A stretch of DNA of 56,899 bases from a virus (taxonomy: Duplodnaviria; Caudoviricetes). Location of the stretch: the IMG/VR virus record IMGVR_UViG_3300010400_000024, positions 1 through 56,899 of that record. The stretch is one strand, 5' to 3'. The notes beneath the pieces were generated by a model. It was given only the letters and a program-made list of their open reading frames with translations, ran no database searches and was not told the DNA's origin. Shown piece after piece: positions 37,510 through 47,364 of this stretch (its first letter is position 1; every line of letters begins with the position of its first letter). The translations under genes and the position numbers were made by a program.

Positions 37510-38982
37510 TTAGTACCCTATCGGTCTATCTAGGTTTAACCCTGTTTTCAGTGTAAAGAACCCTTCCGCTTCACTATCGCGGTAGTTAGCAGGATCATAT
37601 ATGTCCGATAGACTAGCCCCTTTGATAACTTCAAACTGGTTGAAGAAATAGCGTAGTGCATCAGGGCCGTGGTCATCATAGTCATGTTGATTACGGATAC
37701 CGGGTTTACTCTGCAAATTCCGTTGTGTTCTAGCTGCTGTAACAGGTGGAGTTTTCAGTTCTCCTAGCTGACGAATAAGCTCAGTACAGCTAGGATCAAC
37801 AAACAGTTTAGGTTGACCGTCAGGTTGAATCTTCATCCAACGTTTAACTGCTTCAACTCCATCACCCCAAGCTATATCACCATCGGCTTCAACCATTTTA
37901 TGCCAGATAAGCTCGATAGTCGCAATCTCATCGGCTCCGCGAGCATCGGCTGATACACGATCAAGGTGGTAGCCCTCAGGCATATTACGATTCATGAGAT
38001 AATAAGCATGTTCATACGTTGTCTTATATCTCTCTTGGTATTCCTGCCAAACATAAACGTTCTGCATCGGATCAACCATGATATCCAAGGCAACAAACGG
38101 ATCACTAAACCCAAAGTCCATTGCAACCCAAGTTTCCCATGCGGGGTTATAACGAATAGGCTTAACATGAACAGTCTCATCCCATTCATCGTAAATCTTA
38201 CCTTCAAACGAAGTAAACTCAGCGGCATACTCTTGCAGCCAGTAATGCAAGCTTACCTTGTTGTGAATTCGCACTAGTTCTCTATTACAACCGCAAGGCC
38301 CATGTACTTCGTAATGCTTAGGACTACTACTATCTCGATCAATGATGTTCTTACAAAGAGGATCGAATCCACCTGGATATTTAACTGTGTTCATCCAAGT
38401 TGGAAATCTCCAACTCTCATATTCATCTTCACTCAATGTCTGGCCGATCTTCCACATACCTTTGTACCAGTTGTTTCCTCGTGGTGTAGAAGGAAAGTCA
38501 CAGCTACCGAGTTTATCCGACAAAGCCGGCTCTAGGTACTGATCCCAGATCATCCGTGTATGCAGAGCAGCCTCACTTAGTACAGCATGATCTAGACCTT
38601 CACCAACCAAACTGTCAGGCTTCTCTGCGCTAACAACTTCAAGGATTGTGTTCCAAGGCATCTGAATACGCATATCGCCTTGCTTGACGTTGTATGACTT
38701 CCTAATCTTACTTCCCAACTTGAGTTTTCGAACCAAGTCGTCATATACAACGCGAAACTCCTTTTCACCAGTCCTATACGTAGTACCAACGATCCAGTAA
38801 TACGCATTAGGTACAAACATCTTCTTCGTTAGATCATGACCCACCATCTGTGTCTTACCAAATCTTCTTCCGCAACAAGGAATACGGAACCTTGCATTAG
38901 AATGGTGGAAAGGCCACTGACAATCGTGGGGGTTGTACTTGATCTCCTTAAACAGCGTTTCTAGATTGATATTAGTTTCCAT
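37510..38982 (-). CDS. terL: terminase large subunit
   Basis: CGRRFGKT Walker A, GEGLDHAVLSE, STPRG, MDFGFSDP, DDHGPDALRY. Confidence 0.95.
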   Translation of the reverse strand: METNINLETLFKEIKYNPHDCQWPFHHSNARFRIPCCGRRFGKTQMVGHDLTKKMFVPNAYYWIVGTTYRTGEKEFRVVYDDLVRKLKLGSKIRKSYNVKQGDMRIQMPWNTILEVVSAEKPDSLVGEGLDHAVLSEAALHTRMIWDQYLEPALSDKLGSCDFPSTPRGNNWYKGMWKIGQTLSEDEYESWRFPTWMNTVKYPGGFDPLCKNIIDRDSSSPKHYEVHGPCGCNRELVRIHNKVSLHYWLQEYAAEFTSFEGKIYDEWDETVHVKPIRYNPAWETWVAMDFGFSDPFVALDIMVDPMQNVYVWQEYQERYKTTYEHAYYLMNRNMPEGYHLDRVSADARGADEIATIELIWHKMVEADGDIAWGDGVEAVKRWMKIQPDGQPKLFVDPSCTELIRQLGELKTPPVTAARTQRNLQSKPGIRNQHDYDDHGPDALRYFFNQFEVIKGASLSDIYDPANYRDSEAEGFFTLKTGLNLDRPIGY

Positions 38983-39169
38983 TTTCAAGTCTCTTCTCTG
39001 CCAATGCAACTCTGTATGCTGCCCAGTGCGAAGCAACATTAGCATAGATACTGATAGCCGAAACAAAAGCTATGCTATAAATCCATCCAGTGTAAAGTGA
39101 AATTGGAATCATTGCTGCCCATACAAACACTAAGAACAACTCAAACTTACTGGATGCTATCAGGCGCAT
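38972..39169 (-). CDS. small membrane protein
   Basis: two TM segments; SIYANVASHW. Confidence 0.55.
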   Translation of the reverse strand: MRLIASSKFELFLVFVWAAMIPISLYTGWIYSIAFVSAISIYANVASHWAAYRVALAEKRLENGN

Positions 39170-39455
39170 GTTCCCACTGACCTTCCTTGATCCAACCATG
39201 AAGGCCACAAGAGCACCTAATAGACTCTTCCAACGTCAATGGCTCATCACTAGTTTTTGTCCAGATAGGTCTATCTCCCACTTCAGTCCAAAAGATAGCT
39301 ATAGCACATATCTCGTCATCCTTCTTCTGATGTGCTAGCATTACGCCTGAGATTTTATTGCGGTAACGAATGAAGGAGCCTCTAATTCCCTTCCCAAAGT
39401 TAATGATGAAATCCTGTTCAAACTCCCTATCTGTTCTATGGCCGATATCGCTCAC
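39147..39455 (-). CDS. hypothetical protein (PLTL..SI.C.CG.HGWI..G.W motif, DUF6527-like)
   Basis: motif in translation. Confidence 0.55.
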   Translation of the reverse strand: MSDIGHRTDREFEQDFIINFGKGIRGSFIRYRNKISGVMLAHQKKDDEICAIAIFWTEVGDRPIWTKTSDEPLTLEESIRCSCGLHGWIKEGQWEHAPDSIQ

Positions 39456-39799
39456 TTGTAGTCTTTCTTCTCTACAAGCCCGCTCTCAACCATAGCGTCA
39501 TTGATAACAAGACCATCTTTAGTGCGAGTGATGATTGCATCTACTCGACCGCCATACTTGTCGTAACCAACTGACGCCAAAGCAATTTTCTCGCCTACAG
39601 GCAGCAATTCCTTCAGTTTTGCCAAAGCCTCTTTAGCACCGGGTTGGAGAGGTTTCATCTCAGGAGCGTTAATGCCTGCAACACGAATTGATTGGCGTTT
39701 CTTGATAATACCCATGCCCATGTCGATATCACAGTAAAAGGTATCTCCATCATAATGATCAATAACTGTACCTCTAGGCCATTCCCATATCTCTGCCAT
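39452..39799 (-). CDS. thermonuclease (staphylococcal nuclease-like)
   Basis: YDGDT, IRVAGINAPE, DKYGGR. Confidence 0.85.
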   Translation of the reverse strand: MAEIWEWPRGTVIDHYDGDTFYCDIDMGMGIIKKRQSIRVAGINAPEMKPLQPGAKEALAKLKELLPVGEKIALASVGYDKYGGRVDAIITRTKDGLVINDAMVESGLVEKKDYK

Positions 39800-40101
39800 T
39801 ACGGATTCACCTTAAACTCCAACGGGCCAACATTAGGTGATTCTGGAGCGGCTGTGAAACGGGGATAAAGGAAGTAATGCCCAGAAGCCCAATTGCCGCC
39901 CAACGTAGTGTCAATGAGACAATGAAGCCTCATCTTATTCACCGCATCAACTGTGGCGACTTGATTGTTCATCTTCACATTGCCAGCTTTGTCCTTAACA
40001 TCATAGCGAGGACTCAACGTAGTAAGATCAGTGACCCCATTCAAGGTATCATCAATATCAACGATCAGTTCCTCGATAGAGCCGATAGTTATGCTTTCCA
40101 T
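39799..40101 (-). CDS. Ig-like/BppU-like virion protein
   Basis: beta-rich ~100 aa, GHYFLYPRF. Confidence 0.45.
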   Translation of the reverse strand: MESITIGSIEELIVDIDDTLNGVTDLTTLSPRYDVKDKAGNVKMNNQVATVDAVNKMRLHCLIDTTLGGNWASGHYFLYPRFTAAPESPNVGPLEFKVNP

Positions 40102-41903
40102 ACTCTCGCCTTCCATCGTGGTTTAGAAGATTTAGCAAAAAACCTCTTCATATCATTTGCCTGCTTAATCCTACTAACCATCTTTACCGTATAGTGCCTG
40201 TACATTCTGAATGCTACAAGATTAGATGGAGCGTAATTACCAAACCTCAAATACACCGTTGCAGCATCAGAGCCTAGTTGGACATATGTTTCATTGGCAG
40301 AGGGAGTAAGCCTTAACGTTGCTGTTCCCGTTTCAAGATAGCCAGCTATATCTGTACTGCTAGGCGTTAGAACAACTTGAGCTGTTCCTGTGTCACTTGG
40401 TTGATATGCCTCAACTGTAGAAACTGTGAAAGTAACTCGGGCCGTTCCACTATCACTTCCGTCAAATGTATCTGTTGATGTTGGTGAGAGTGACAACCTA
40501 ACGCTGCCTGATTCAACGTACTGAGCGGTATCCGAGCTGCTTGGGATGAGTCCGAGGTTGGCGGTGTTGCTATCGGTTCCACCGATAATCTCCGATCCGC
40601 TAGGAACTAGATTAATAGTACTAACCGAACCATCTACGAACTGTGCAGTATCACCAGTGGAAGGAATCAAGTTGACATTAACCGTTCCAGTGTCAACTCC
40701 ACCACCAGCGGGGCCTTCTTGTGTTGTTATAGGTGTCAACACTACAATCGCAGTACTGCCATCCACGAATATAGCTACATCAGCACTCGATGGTGTTAAT
40801 GCGACGATAATCGTATTCTGATCAACCCCCGAAATAATATTCGCAGAAGATGGCGTCAAAGCGAGGATAGCTGTGTTCGCCTCTACGTATTGAGCTATGT
40901 CTGCACTACTTGGTGTTAATAGCAATGACACAGTAGCTAGATCAACCGTACCATAGGCATCACTTACTGAAGGCGTCAATGCTACAATCACTGTGTTCGT
41001 TTCAACGTCCTGTGCAGTATCAGTAGACGAAGGAGTTAACAACACTACAGCAGTATTGCTATCAGTGAACTCCTTACCCTCTAATGCCGTCATTGTCAAT
41101 GCTAACAACACAGTGGTTTGATCTACAGCAGCAAACACTTCAGCAGTACTTGGAGTTAACAAGACTATCGCAGTTGCTGCGTCATTGGTGTTACCAGTCT
41201 GAAATTCTGAGGCCGAGGGCGTCAGGAAAAGGGTCAAGGTACCCGCGTCTATATAAGAGGCGATTTCGACCGCACTCGGGGCCAGTCCGAGGGCTACCGT
41301 CGCTTGGTCTATCGCAGCATTAATTTCAACTGCACTAGGCGTTAATAGCACACTTACAGTGTTTTGATCGACATACGAAGCTATATCGGCACTTGTAGGA
41401 GTTAAAAGCACCACAACTGTTGCCGAATCAGTGTGTTCTAAGCCTTCAAACGTCGTAGAAGGCGTTAATAGCAAAGGAACTGTCGCGCTGTCTGTGTACT
41501 CCTTGCCTTCTTGCGTTGTGATGGGAGTTAACGCTAAGTTAACCGTGTTGCTATCAACGAAAGCAGCAATATCAGAGCTAGAAGGAGATAGAACAAGTGT
41601 AGCTGTGTTACTATCGACAAAAGCAGCGATATCACTACTAGAAGGAGTAAGGCTAAGTCTAGCAGTAGCACTTTCCACCGCCTGTTCTGTATCTGCACTA
41701 CTAGGAGTCAATGTCAATACCGCTGTATTCGCTTCAACCATCTGTTCATTCTCAACAACAGACGGTGTAAGCTTAACACTGACAGTACCGTTCTCAATGA
41801 ATTGAGCATTCTCAACCGTAGATGGAGTAAGCTTAAGCGTAACAGTAGCACTGTCCGTATAAGCAACAGCCCCACCTTGGTTGAAGAGTAGTACTAGACT
41901 CAT
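40089..41903 (-). CDS. long tandem-repeat fibre-like protein
   Basis: about 25 tandem ~21-22-aa repeats D-x-x-T-x-x-(V/L)-x-L-T-P-S. Confidence 0.75.
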   Translation of the reverse strand: MSLVLLFNQGGAVAYTDSATVTLKLTPSTVENAQFIENGTVSVKLTPSVVENEQMVEANTAVLTLTPSSADTEQAVESATARLSLTPSSSDIAAFVDSNTATLVLSPSSSDIAAFVDSNTVNLALTPITTQEGKEYTDSATVPLLLTPSTTFEGLEHTDSATVVVLLTPTSADIASYVDQNTVSVLLTPSAVEINAAIDQATVALGLAPSAVEIASYIDAGTLTLFLTPSASEFQTGNTNDAATAIVLLTPSTAEVFAAVDQTTVLLALTMTALEGKEFTDSNTAVVLLTPSSTDTAQDVETNTVIVALTPSVSDAYGTVDLATVSLLLTPSSADIAQYVEANTAILALTPSSANIISGVDQNTIIVALTPSSADVAIFVDGSTAIVVLTPITTQEGPAGGGVDTGTVNVNLIPSTGDTAQFVDGSVSTINLVPSGSEIIGGTDSNTANLGLIPSSSDTAQYVESGSVRLSLSPTSTDTFDGSDSGTARVTFTVSTVEAYQPSDTGTAQVVLTPSSTDIAGYLETGTATLRLTPSANETYVQLGSDAATVYLRFGNYAPSNLVAFRMYRHYTVKMVSRIKQANDMKRFFAKSSKPRWKARVWKA

Positions 41904-41908
41904 ATGTT

Positions 41909-42805
41909 TTACGGAACCTTGTACTCCGTCCAACGACAAGTAGTGATCCACTTATCAGAAACAGCGTTAGCTGTGGCAACTGTGTAGTCGAGGAACACGC
42001 ACAGACCTTCTAGTGGACGCAACGTTACAACTTCATCCGCTCCTGGGAAGAATATCTCCCTATCAAACTGCTCGTAGCCTACCAACGTTAACGCTCGAGA
42101 GCCCCATGACTGTGTTACGATGGTTCCACCAGGCAAAGTCACAGTTAGCGTTGTACCTGAGCCAGTGTTCTCAGCAGATGAATCTTGCCATAGAGTTACT
42201 GAGGAATCACTGACTAAGTTGCTATCTGTTGGCACTTTGGTAACTGACGAGCCGTTAGTTGGTACCGCTGTAAACTTCCATATCCTAACTACAACAGGCT
42301 CTACTACCTTAGCAGCAGTAACCATCGAGTCTACGGTTATTTTGTCTACATCAACTAATCTCTTGCTACCAGTAGCATTGTGAATAGCAAAGATTTTCTG
42401 ACCAGTCGTACCAGCACGGCCTAGCGTTCTAAACGTGGCTGCGTAGCCGCGATAGAGGATATTTCGTTCATCAATCGGACTAACTCTTTGCGTAGCAACA
42501 ACGTAATTGACTACAACACCGATACCATGTGCTGCGGCAGTTGTACCGTCAATCCCCCTTGTTACAGTCCAGCTCGTAGTACCCTGGCCTCCTGTAACAA
42601 GCATTCTTTCGCCTTCAACGTCAATCTTGTACTGACCAGAGGCAGGAAAGTTTACAAAGCCCAAAACGACTAGTGTAGTACCTCCCGATCCTGGGTCAGA
42701 GTTAACAAGCGTATTGATATCGCTAACAGGTCTTTCGATAACATCAATCTCAGAAATACCCGAGGCGTTAGCGTTATCAGTTACTCCTACAGGTTTAGTT
42801 GGCAT
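41909..42805 (-). CDS. putative virion protein
   Basis: IDVEGERMLVT..WTVTRGIDGTTAAAH motif of phage structural proteins. Confidence 0.55.
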   Translation of the reverse strand: MPTKPVGVTDNANASGISEIDVIERPVSDINTLVNSDPGSGGTTLVVLGFVNFPASGQYKIDVEGERMLVTGGQGTTSWTVTRGIDGTTAAAHGIGVVVNYVVATQRVSPIDERNILYRGYAATFRTLGRAGTTGQKIFAIHNATGSKRLVDVDKITVDSMVTAAKVVEPVVVRIWKFTAVPTNGSSVTKVPTDSNLVSDSSVTLWQDSSAENTGSGTTLTVTLPGGTIVTQSWGSRALTLVGYEQFDREIFFPGADEVVTLRPLEGLCVFLDYTVATANAVSDKWITTCRWTEYKVP

Positions 42806-43559
42806 AAATCCGCCTATCCATTGGCTCATACATTTGACTTATAATCGGATTATCCACTCTATGACTACTTACATCGCTTCCTATAGGCAAAGCGTTAGTG
42901 GTTAGATGCAAACCGTCAATAATCCAGAAGTTACCGGCTGTAGAAGAGAAGTTAGCCGTTGTAGCGCCAATCCTCACTTCATCGCATCCAGTTGAGAAGT
43001 TTTGCGCTGTGCAACTAGCAGGAGTAGCAAGTCCTGTGTTGTCAAAGCCCTTGTAGCAGTTAATAGTCATAGTTCCGGTTGAGGCGTTACAATGCAAGTC
43101 CAGCTCAAAGCGCATCCACGTACTAAGAGGGATTACTGAGCTAGTTGTTCCTACTGTGGCATCAGCGGCAGACCTACAACTAATCGTTCCACCACCTGAT
43201 TCCATATCTACGCCTGCAATCCTAACTCCTGCCTTTCTAAACTCTACAATACGAAGTCCAGAAACAGGGATAATCGTGCAGTAGTACCACCATCGTAGTC
43301 TTAAGTCTACAACTGCTGAACCTATAGACGTAGAGTTCCAAGCAACATAGGTTATTGCTGTAGCCGTAGACGTTAGTGCCATCTTAATGGCTGTATTACC
43401 CTGAGCAGGCAACACCCCATTACTGTACTGGCACGTCATGTTAGCGCCAATAACTACAGAGTTGAAAGCATCAGCCTGACTATTACCACCGCTATTACCA
43501 GTCGTGACAGTAGTGCCGTCAGGCTGGCTATCGCAATCGTTAAAAAGCGGCAATGCCAT
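42795..43559 (-). CDS. putative virion beta-sandwich (lectin-like) protein
   Basis: Thr/Ser-rich beta pattern, STWMRFEL, FWIIDGL. Confidence 0.5.
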   Translation of the reverse strand: MALPLFNDCDSQPDGTTVTTGNSGGNSQADAFNSVVIGANMTCQYSNGVLPAQGNTAIKMALTSTATAITYVAWNSTSIGSAVVDLRLRWWYYCTIIPVSGLRIVEFRKAGVRIAGVDMESGGGTISCRSAADATVGTTSSVIPLSTWMRFELDLHCNASTGTMTINCYKGFDNTGLATPASCTAQNFSTGCDEVRIGATTANFSSTAGNFWIIDGLHLTTNALPIGSDVSSHRVDNPIISQMYEPMDRRIYAN

Positions 43560-43855
43560 TAATCTGGCCCTGGCGGTGGAAACAACTGCTCAAAAACAGC
43601 TTCTGCACTATTACCAGCAGCTTCAAAGACTTCAAAGATAGTTTGCGTACCAAGGTCAATACTAGCCGTTCCTAAGTTAGCGCCATTTCCGTTCTGGCCG
43701 CCAAACAAAGTCACTAAGTAGTAATGAGCATTGGCTGTAGGTACTTCTACGCCTGTTTGAGTAGAAGAAGCAAAAGGTCTATACACGCACGATCTAGCAG
43801 CAACGCCACCAACCTGCGTAACGCCAATCCCTTTCAGGTTAAGCGTCTGTGGCAT
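43559..43855 (-). CDS. hypothetical protein
   Basis: ORF in operon. Confidence 0.55.
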   Translation of the reverse strand: MPQTLNLKGIGVTQVGGVAARSCVYRPFASSTQTGVEVPTANAHYYLVTLFGGQNGNGANLGTASIDLGTQTIFEVFEAAGNSAEAVFEQLFPPPGPD

Positions 43856-44024
43856 CTTCCGCAGGAGGCGCCTGGATTAAATAAGTCTGTCCATGCTCTA
43901 ACGAGTAAGCAGAAAAACTCATACCTTCAGGCAACAACTCTTGCATCTTGCCTAAAGCCTCATTAACCTCTGCCTCGTCTACACCTTCACCTACTTCTAG
44001 GTCAATCGCATACTTAACAGGCAT
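43839..44024 (-). CDS. hypothetical acidic protein
   Basis: AGGAG RBS. Confidence 0.5.
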   Translation of the reverse strand: MPVKYAIDLEVGEGVDEAEVNEALGKMQELLPEGMSFSAYSLEHGQTYLIQAPPAEDATDA

Positions 44025-44039
44025 TATCTCTCCTAAGGT

Positions 44040-44097
44040 TAAGCCCCTGAATACTCTCTAACGAAGGGGTCTAAGTTTAGAGCGTTACAGGGGCTTA
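44040..44097 (-). terminator. intergenic long hairpin (terminator or processing site)
   Basis: TAAGCCCCTG/CAGGGGCTTA inverted repeat with inner CTCT/AGAG pairing. Confidence 0.5.
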
Positions 44098-44109
44098 TCG
44101 TTGTAAGTG

Positions 44110-44664
44110 TTAACCAGCTTTCAGCGTAGGCGTAACCTTCTCCGTATCACCGTTAGCAAACGTCCTCAATGCTGCTGTGTCACCAGCACAATACAACTGA
44201 CCAGCATTTAGTGTAGAACCGTCCGTAAGCACCCAACTATTCGCACCGTTCGGGTTAGGCGCCCCCGAGAATGCACCAAACGTCGTCTGATCTGATGTAG
44301 CTGACTGACCACCAGTAGAGAACGTGTTATCGAACGTCGAAGCAAGCCAGTCAATAGCGCCCTGTGCAATCGACTTAGCGATTGTCTGCCTTGCGTACCC
44401 TGACGCAGTAGTCGAACCAATCTCGTTAACGTTGCTTCCTGAGACTGTAGCACTCCACACTGAGTTACGGGCCATGTTAGAACCAGACCCCACAACTGTC
44501 GTACTCAACGCGAGTGTCCACGATGCAGGCGGTGTAATCGTGCCTGAAGCACCAAGCACGTAGTCCGTTACAAGCTGACTAAGCCTCTGGAACGCAATAA
44601 CAGCATTCTTCTCAGCATGTGCAGGAACTTCTGGTTCATACCTGTGATGTTCATGCATAAACAT
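44110..44664 (-). CDS. putative virion structural protein
   Basis: LALSTT, NEIG...GYARQTI, RTFANGDT pattern of phage fibre-base proteins. Confidence 0.55.
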   Translation of the reverse strand: MFMHEHHRYEPEVPAHAEKNAVIAFQRLSQLVTDYVLGASGTITPPASWTLALSTTVVGSGSNMARNSVWSATVSGSNVNEIGSTTASGYARQTIAKSIAQGAIDWLASTFDNTFSTGGQSATSDQTTFGAFSGAPNPNGANSWVLTDGSTLNAGQLYCAGDTAALRTFANGDTEKVTPTLKAG

Positions 44665-45098
44665 TATGGCGTCCCTGCCTTATTGTTATCGCCGTCCCAT
44701 TTACTAGCATCTAGCTCACCAGTCTCTGCCATCTTGTAGTTGCTCTCATGCGGCCCACTATCAACAACAGGAGAACTGATATCTCTTACGCTTGCAGCAA
44801 CTTGCTGAACACTAACCAAATCCCCAACACCGTGTTCGCTAATCGCACTATCAACAGCGGCAGTAATATCCTCTTTTGTAGCAACTTGCGACTCGTTAAA
44901 GTTAATCGGGTGTTCATCGTACTTGAGGACTTTGGCAATACGCTCGGCAGGCCCCATATCCGGGTTAGTCTGTTGAGCCTTCTCACCACTTTTAGCCCTA
45001 CGATGATGTTCGCTGATAGCACTAATAGCTTCAGCGTCATCTTCATAAGCGGCAACACTATGATTGCCAGTCTCGTAGATAATCTCGTAGTACTTCAA
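44664..45098 (-). CDS. hypothetical protein
   Basis: AGGAGG RBS. Confidence 0.6.
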   Translation of the reverse strand: MKYYEIIYETGNHSVAAYEDDAEAISAISEHHRRAKSGEKAQQTNPDMGPAERIAKVLKYDEHPINFNESQVATKEDITAAVDSAISEHGVGDLVSVQQVAASVRDISSPVVDSGPHESNYKMAETGELDASKWDGDNNKAGTP

Positions 45099-45484
45099 CC
45101 TTGAACCTCCTTCGACGGTATCGGAGAACTTTCAAACAAAGCACTTTCGTGTTCTTCACTCATAACCATATCTGTTAACGCAATAATGCCGTAAGCAGCA
45201 AAACGATTAGCCGCTTCTGGCGTACACCACCTACCGCTTAATGCCAAATGCAAATGCTCTTGAGCGGTATGCGTCTTAGCGTGGTCAAGCCTCCACTTAA
45301 GTCTATCCTCACCAGCCATCACCAACTCCGCACTATTTCTAAAGTTGCGGTCGCGCTGAGATTGATAAACGTCGCCACAGATGCAGCAACCAGCATGAGG
45401 CTTATTGATGTCAAAGTTGTGATTCTTTTGCAGGTGATAACCACCCGCAGCGCCAACAAGATACAAATGGCGCGGTCTACTCAT
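45095..45484 (-). CDS. hypothetical protein with C2H2-like motif
   Basis: CCICG...HAKTH. Confidence 0.55.
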   Translation of the reverse strand: MSRPRHLYLVGAAGGYHLQKNHNFDINKPHAGCCICGDVYQSQRDRNFRNSAELVMAGEDRLKWRLDHAKTHTAQEHLHLALSGRWCTPEAANRFAAYGIIALTDMVMSEEHESALFESSPIPSKEVQG

Positions 45485-45485
45485 A

Positions 45486-45827
45486 TTACTCAGTTGCCTT
45501 ACTCAGTGATTTAATGAGACGATCAATTTCATCTTCATCACCCTTAGCTTCGGCAGCTTTCATAGCCACGCTGAATATCCACTTACTCAAGTCTTTCCGA
45601 ACTGCGTCAGATTCGGAGTGATTAATGAGATACTTGATCTGCTTACCAGCATCAGGAACAAGCTCGATCAAACGTTTAGCAGCTTTCTCAGCAGTTTCTT
45701 GATCTGGCTCCGCGTTTTTAAACTCATCTGTTAGAGCTTCACGATAGATAGCCAACTCTGAGAGTTCTTTTTCTACTTGATCTTTGTATGCAAGCAACGC
45801 CGCTTCGTTATCTTGCGGGTTATCCAT
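45486..45827 (-). CDS. hypothetical helical protein, first gene of the late operon (candidate terminase small subunit)
   Basis: GAAGG RBS before MDNPQD; helical; the terS assignment is positional inference only. Confidence 0.45.
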   Translation of the reverse strand: MDNPQDNEAALLAYKDQVEKELSELAIYREALTDEFKNAEPDQETAEKAAKRLIELVPDAGKQIKYLINHSESDAVRKDLSKWIFSVAMKAAEAKGDEDEIDRLIKSLSKATE

Positions 45828-46069
45828 TATAACCTTCTTTCGATGGTTATGTAGCTTAACATGACGAGTATACAAGGTCTTTAGACTTAGTGCCAGCTAA
45901 CACATTCTTTAATATGGCTTGGTGGGATGCCCATTAGTGGCAATTGATACAGGAGGTTAAATCTCTTACGCGAGATACGGGGTAACGGTGCCCTGGATCG
46001 GCGCTCGTTTGCTTTAGAGTGCCTAGTGCAAGTCCGATGAACGTTTAACCCGAATGGAGGTCACGCCCG

Positions 46070-46357
46070 ATGCGCGCCAACCTAACGCACGACAGCGATG
46101 GATATCGCATCACCTCGACACGCAAAGTCGGAGGTACTCGACCAACACGCGACCGTTGCATCGCACTAACTGATTGTGTGTGCTATGATGCCGATGGTAA
46201 CGTAATCCGCACTATCCCTCGCACCGCGACTCTCAACCGCACCGCTCGCAAGTCTACACGCACTCCTGTCGAATCGACTGTGCAGCCTACACGCTACGAT
46301 TCGCGCAAGGATATCATCCTCGCCGCTACACTCGGAACGATCCACTCGGAGGTCTAG
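46070..46357 (+). CDS. hypothetical Thr/Arg-rich protein
   Basis: GGAGGT RBS. Confidence 0.55.
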   Translation: MRANLTHDSDGYRITSTRKVGGTRPTRDRCIALTDCVCYDADGNVIRTIPRTATLNRTARKSTRTPVESTVQPTRYDSRKDIILAATLGTIHSEV

Positions 46358-46423
46358 CATCGAGAGCAACGTTACGAAACACGGTAACGTTACTCTGTGT
46401 GCTACCAACGAACGGAGGTGAAC

Positions 46424-46534
46424 ATGGATACATTCTTGTTCTGGTACATTCCATACCTAGATACCATCACACCGCGTATCTTTGAATGGATCTACTATCC
46501 GCTGCACAACAGTACACTGTTCCTACCGTTCTAA
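46424..46534 (+). CDS. small aromatic-rich peptide (36 aa)
   Basis: GGAGGTGA RBS; MDTFLFWYIPYLD... Confidence 0.5.
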   Translation: MDTFLFWYIPYLDTITPRIFEWIYYPLHNSTLFLPF

Positions 46535-46547
46535 CCGAAAGGAAAGC

Positions 46548-46685
46548 ATGACGTTCCACGCTTTCAAAGGATGCGTCGCTTACGAGCTTCAAGTTGGTAA
46601 GCTAGTGTTCCAACTGTTCTACCAGAAGCAAAAGTATTTGCGCCGCTTCCATGTATGGGTTGACAGTTACGGAAGTTGGCGCTAG
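46548..46685 (+). CDS. hypothetical protein
   Basis: AAAGGA RBS before MTFHAFKG. Confidence 0.5.
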   Translation: MTFHAFKGCVAYELQVGKLVFQLFYQKQKYLRRFHVWVDSYGSWR

Positions 46686-46716
46686 AATACCTAAAACAAC
46701 GAACGAGAAAGGAACA

Positions 46717-46917
46717 ATGCCAAGCAAAGACAAAACACCCAACCGCACCTTGTCAGTTAACCTTGACAAGAGATGCGATTACACCAACTGTGCCGAGCAT
46801 GGTACTGTTAGCCGCACCATGCCGAACGGTACAACTAGAACACGCTGCATTGAACACCTAAACACCAAGCGAATCGACCCGAACGCCTACTTGCTCAAGT
46901 TTCTAAACCTCGCTTAA
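46717..46917 (+). CDS. hypothetical protein (CxxxxC...CxxH)
   Basis: AAAGGA RBS before MPSKDK. Confidence 0.5.
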   Translation: MPSKDKTPNRTLSVNLDKRCDYTNCAEHGTVSRTMPNGTTRTRCIEHLNTKRIDPNAYLLKFLNLA

Positions 46918-47364
46918 CAAAATCATAAGGGATTACGGAAGGGAGGTTAGATAAACCGAATATATCTTGGCTTAAGGCCGAATATATTAGTTAAACGTGC
47001 GGTTTTTACTTGACCGCTCAACATTATAACTAAAAAGGGGTAAACTTTACAACTTCATCATAAGTAAGTGCGCCGCTAGGCCGCATGGCTCCATCAGTTT
47101 ATGCAGTTTAGCAGTTATGAAGAAGGTTTTGCTTTCTAATAGTTACCAATCGGCCTATATATACGGTTTTATCGGGATTACGGAGCTAAGGGATTACTTA
47201 CTAATAGATACTAATCCATATACTACGTAATACACCTAAAGAACTCGACTCGTTAATATGCATAACGAGGTTTACAATCGAACGCCTGTTCCCCTAGCCG
47301 TAACTACGATTGCACAGAAAGGCCGGATATGCTAATCAGCTTTATCCCACTTACCATTATCTCT
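46918..47364. repeat. AT-rich non-coding region with short direct repeats
   Basis: GGGATTAC x3 (46929, 47174, 47190); CCGAATATAT x2 (46956, 46978). Confidence 0.55.

Noticed and set aside
1596-44563. Numerous antisense or alternate-frame ORFs in the track (e.g. 1596-2093, 13039-13479, 26388-26792, 35630-36157, 36058-36684)
   Set aside because: They overlap well-supported genes, lack RBSs and motifs, and look like shadow ORFs.
47010-47030. TTGACC...TATAAC promoter
   Set aside because: Spacer is only 9 bp.
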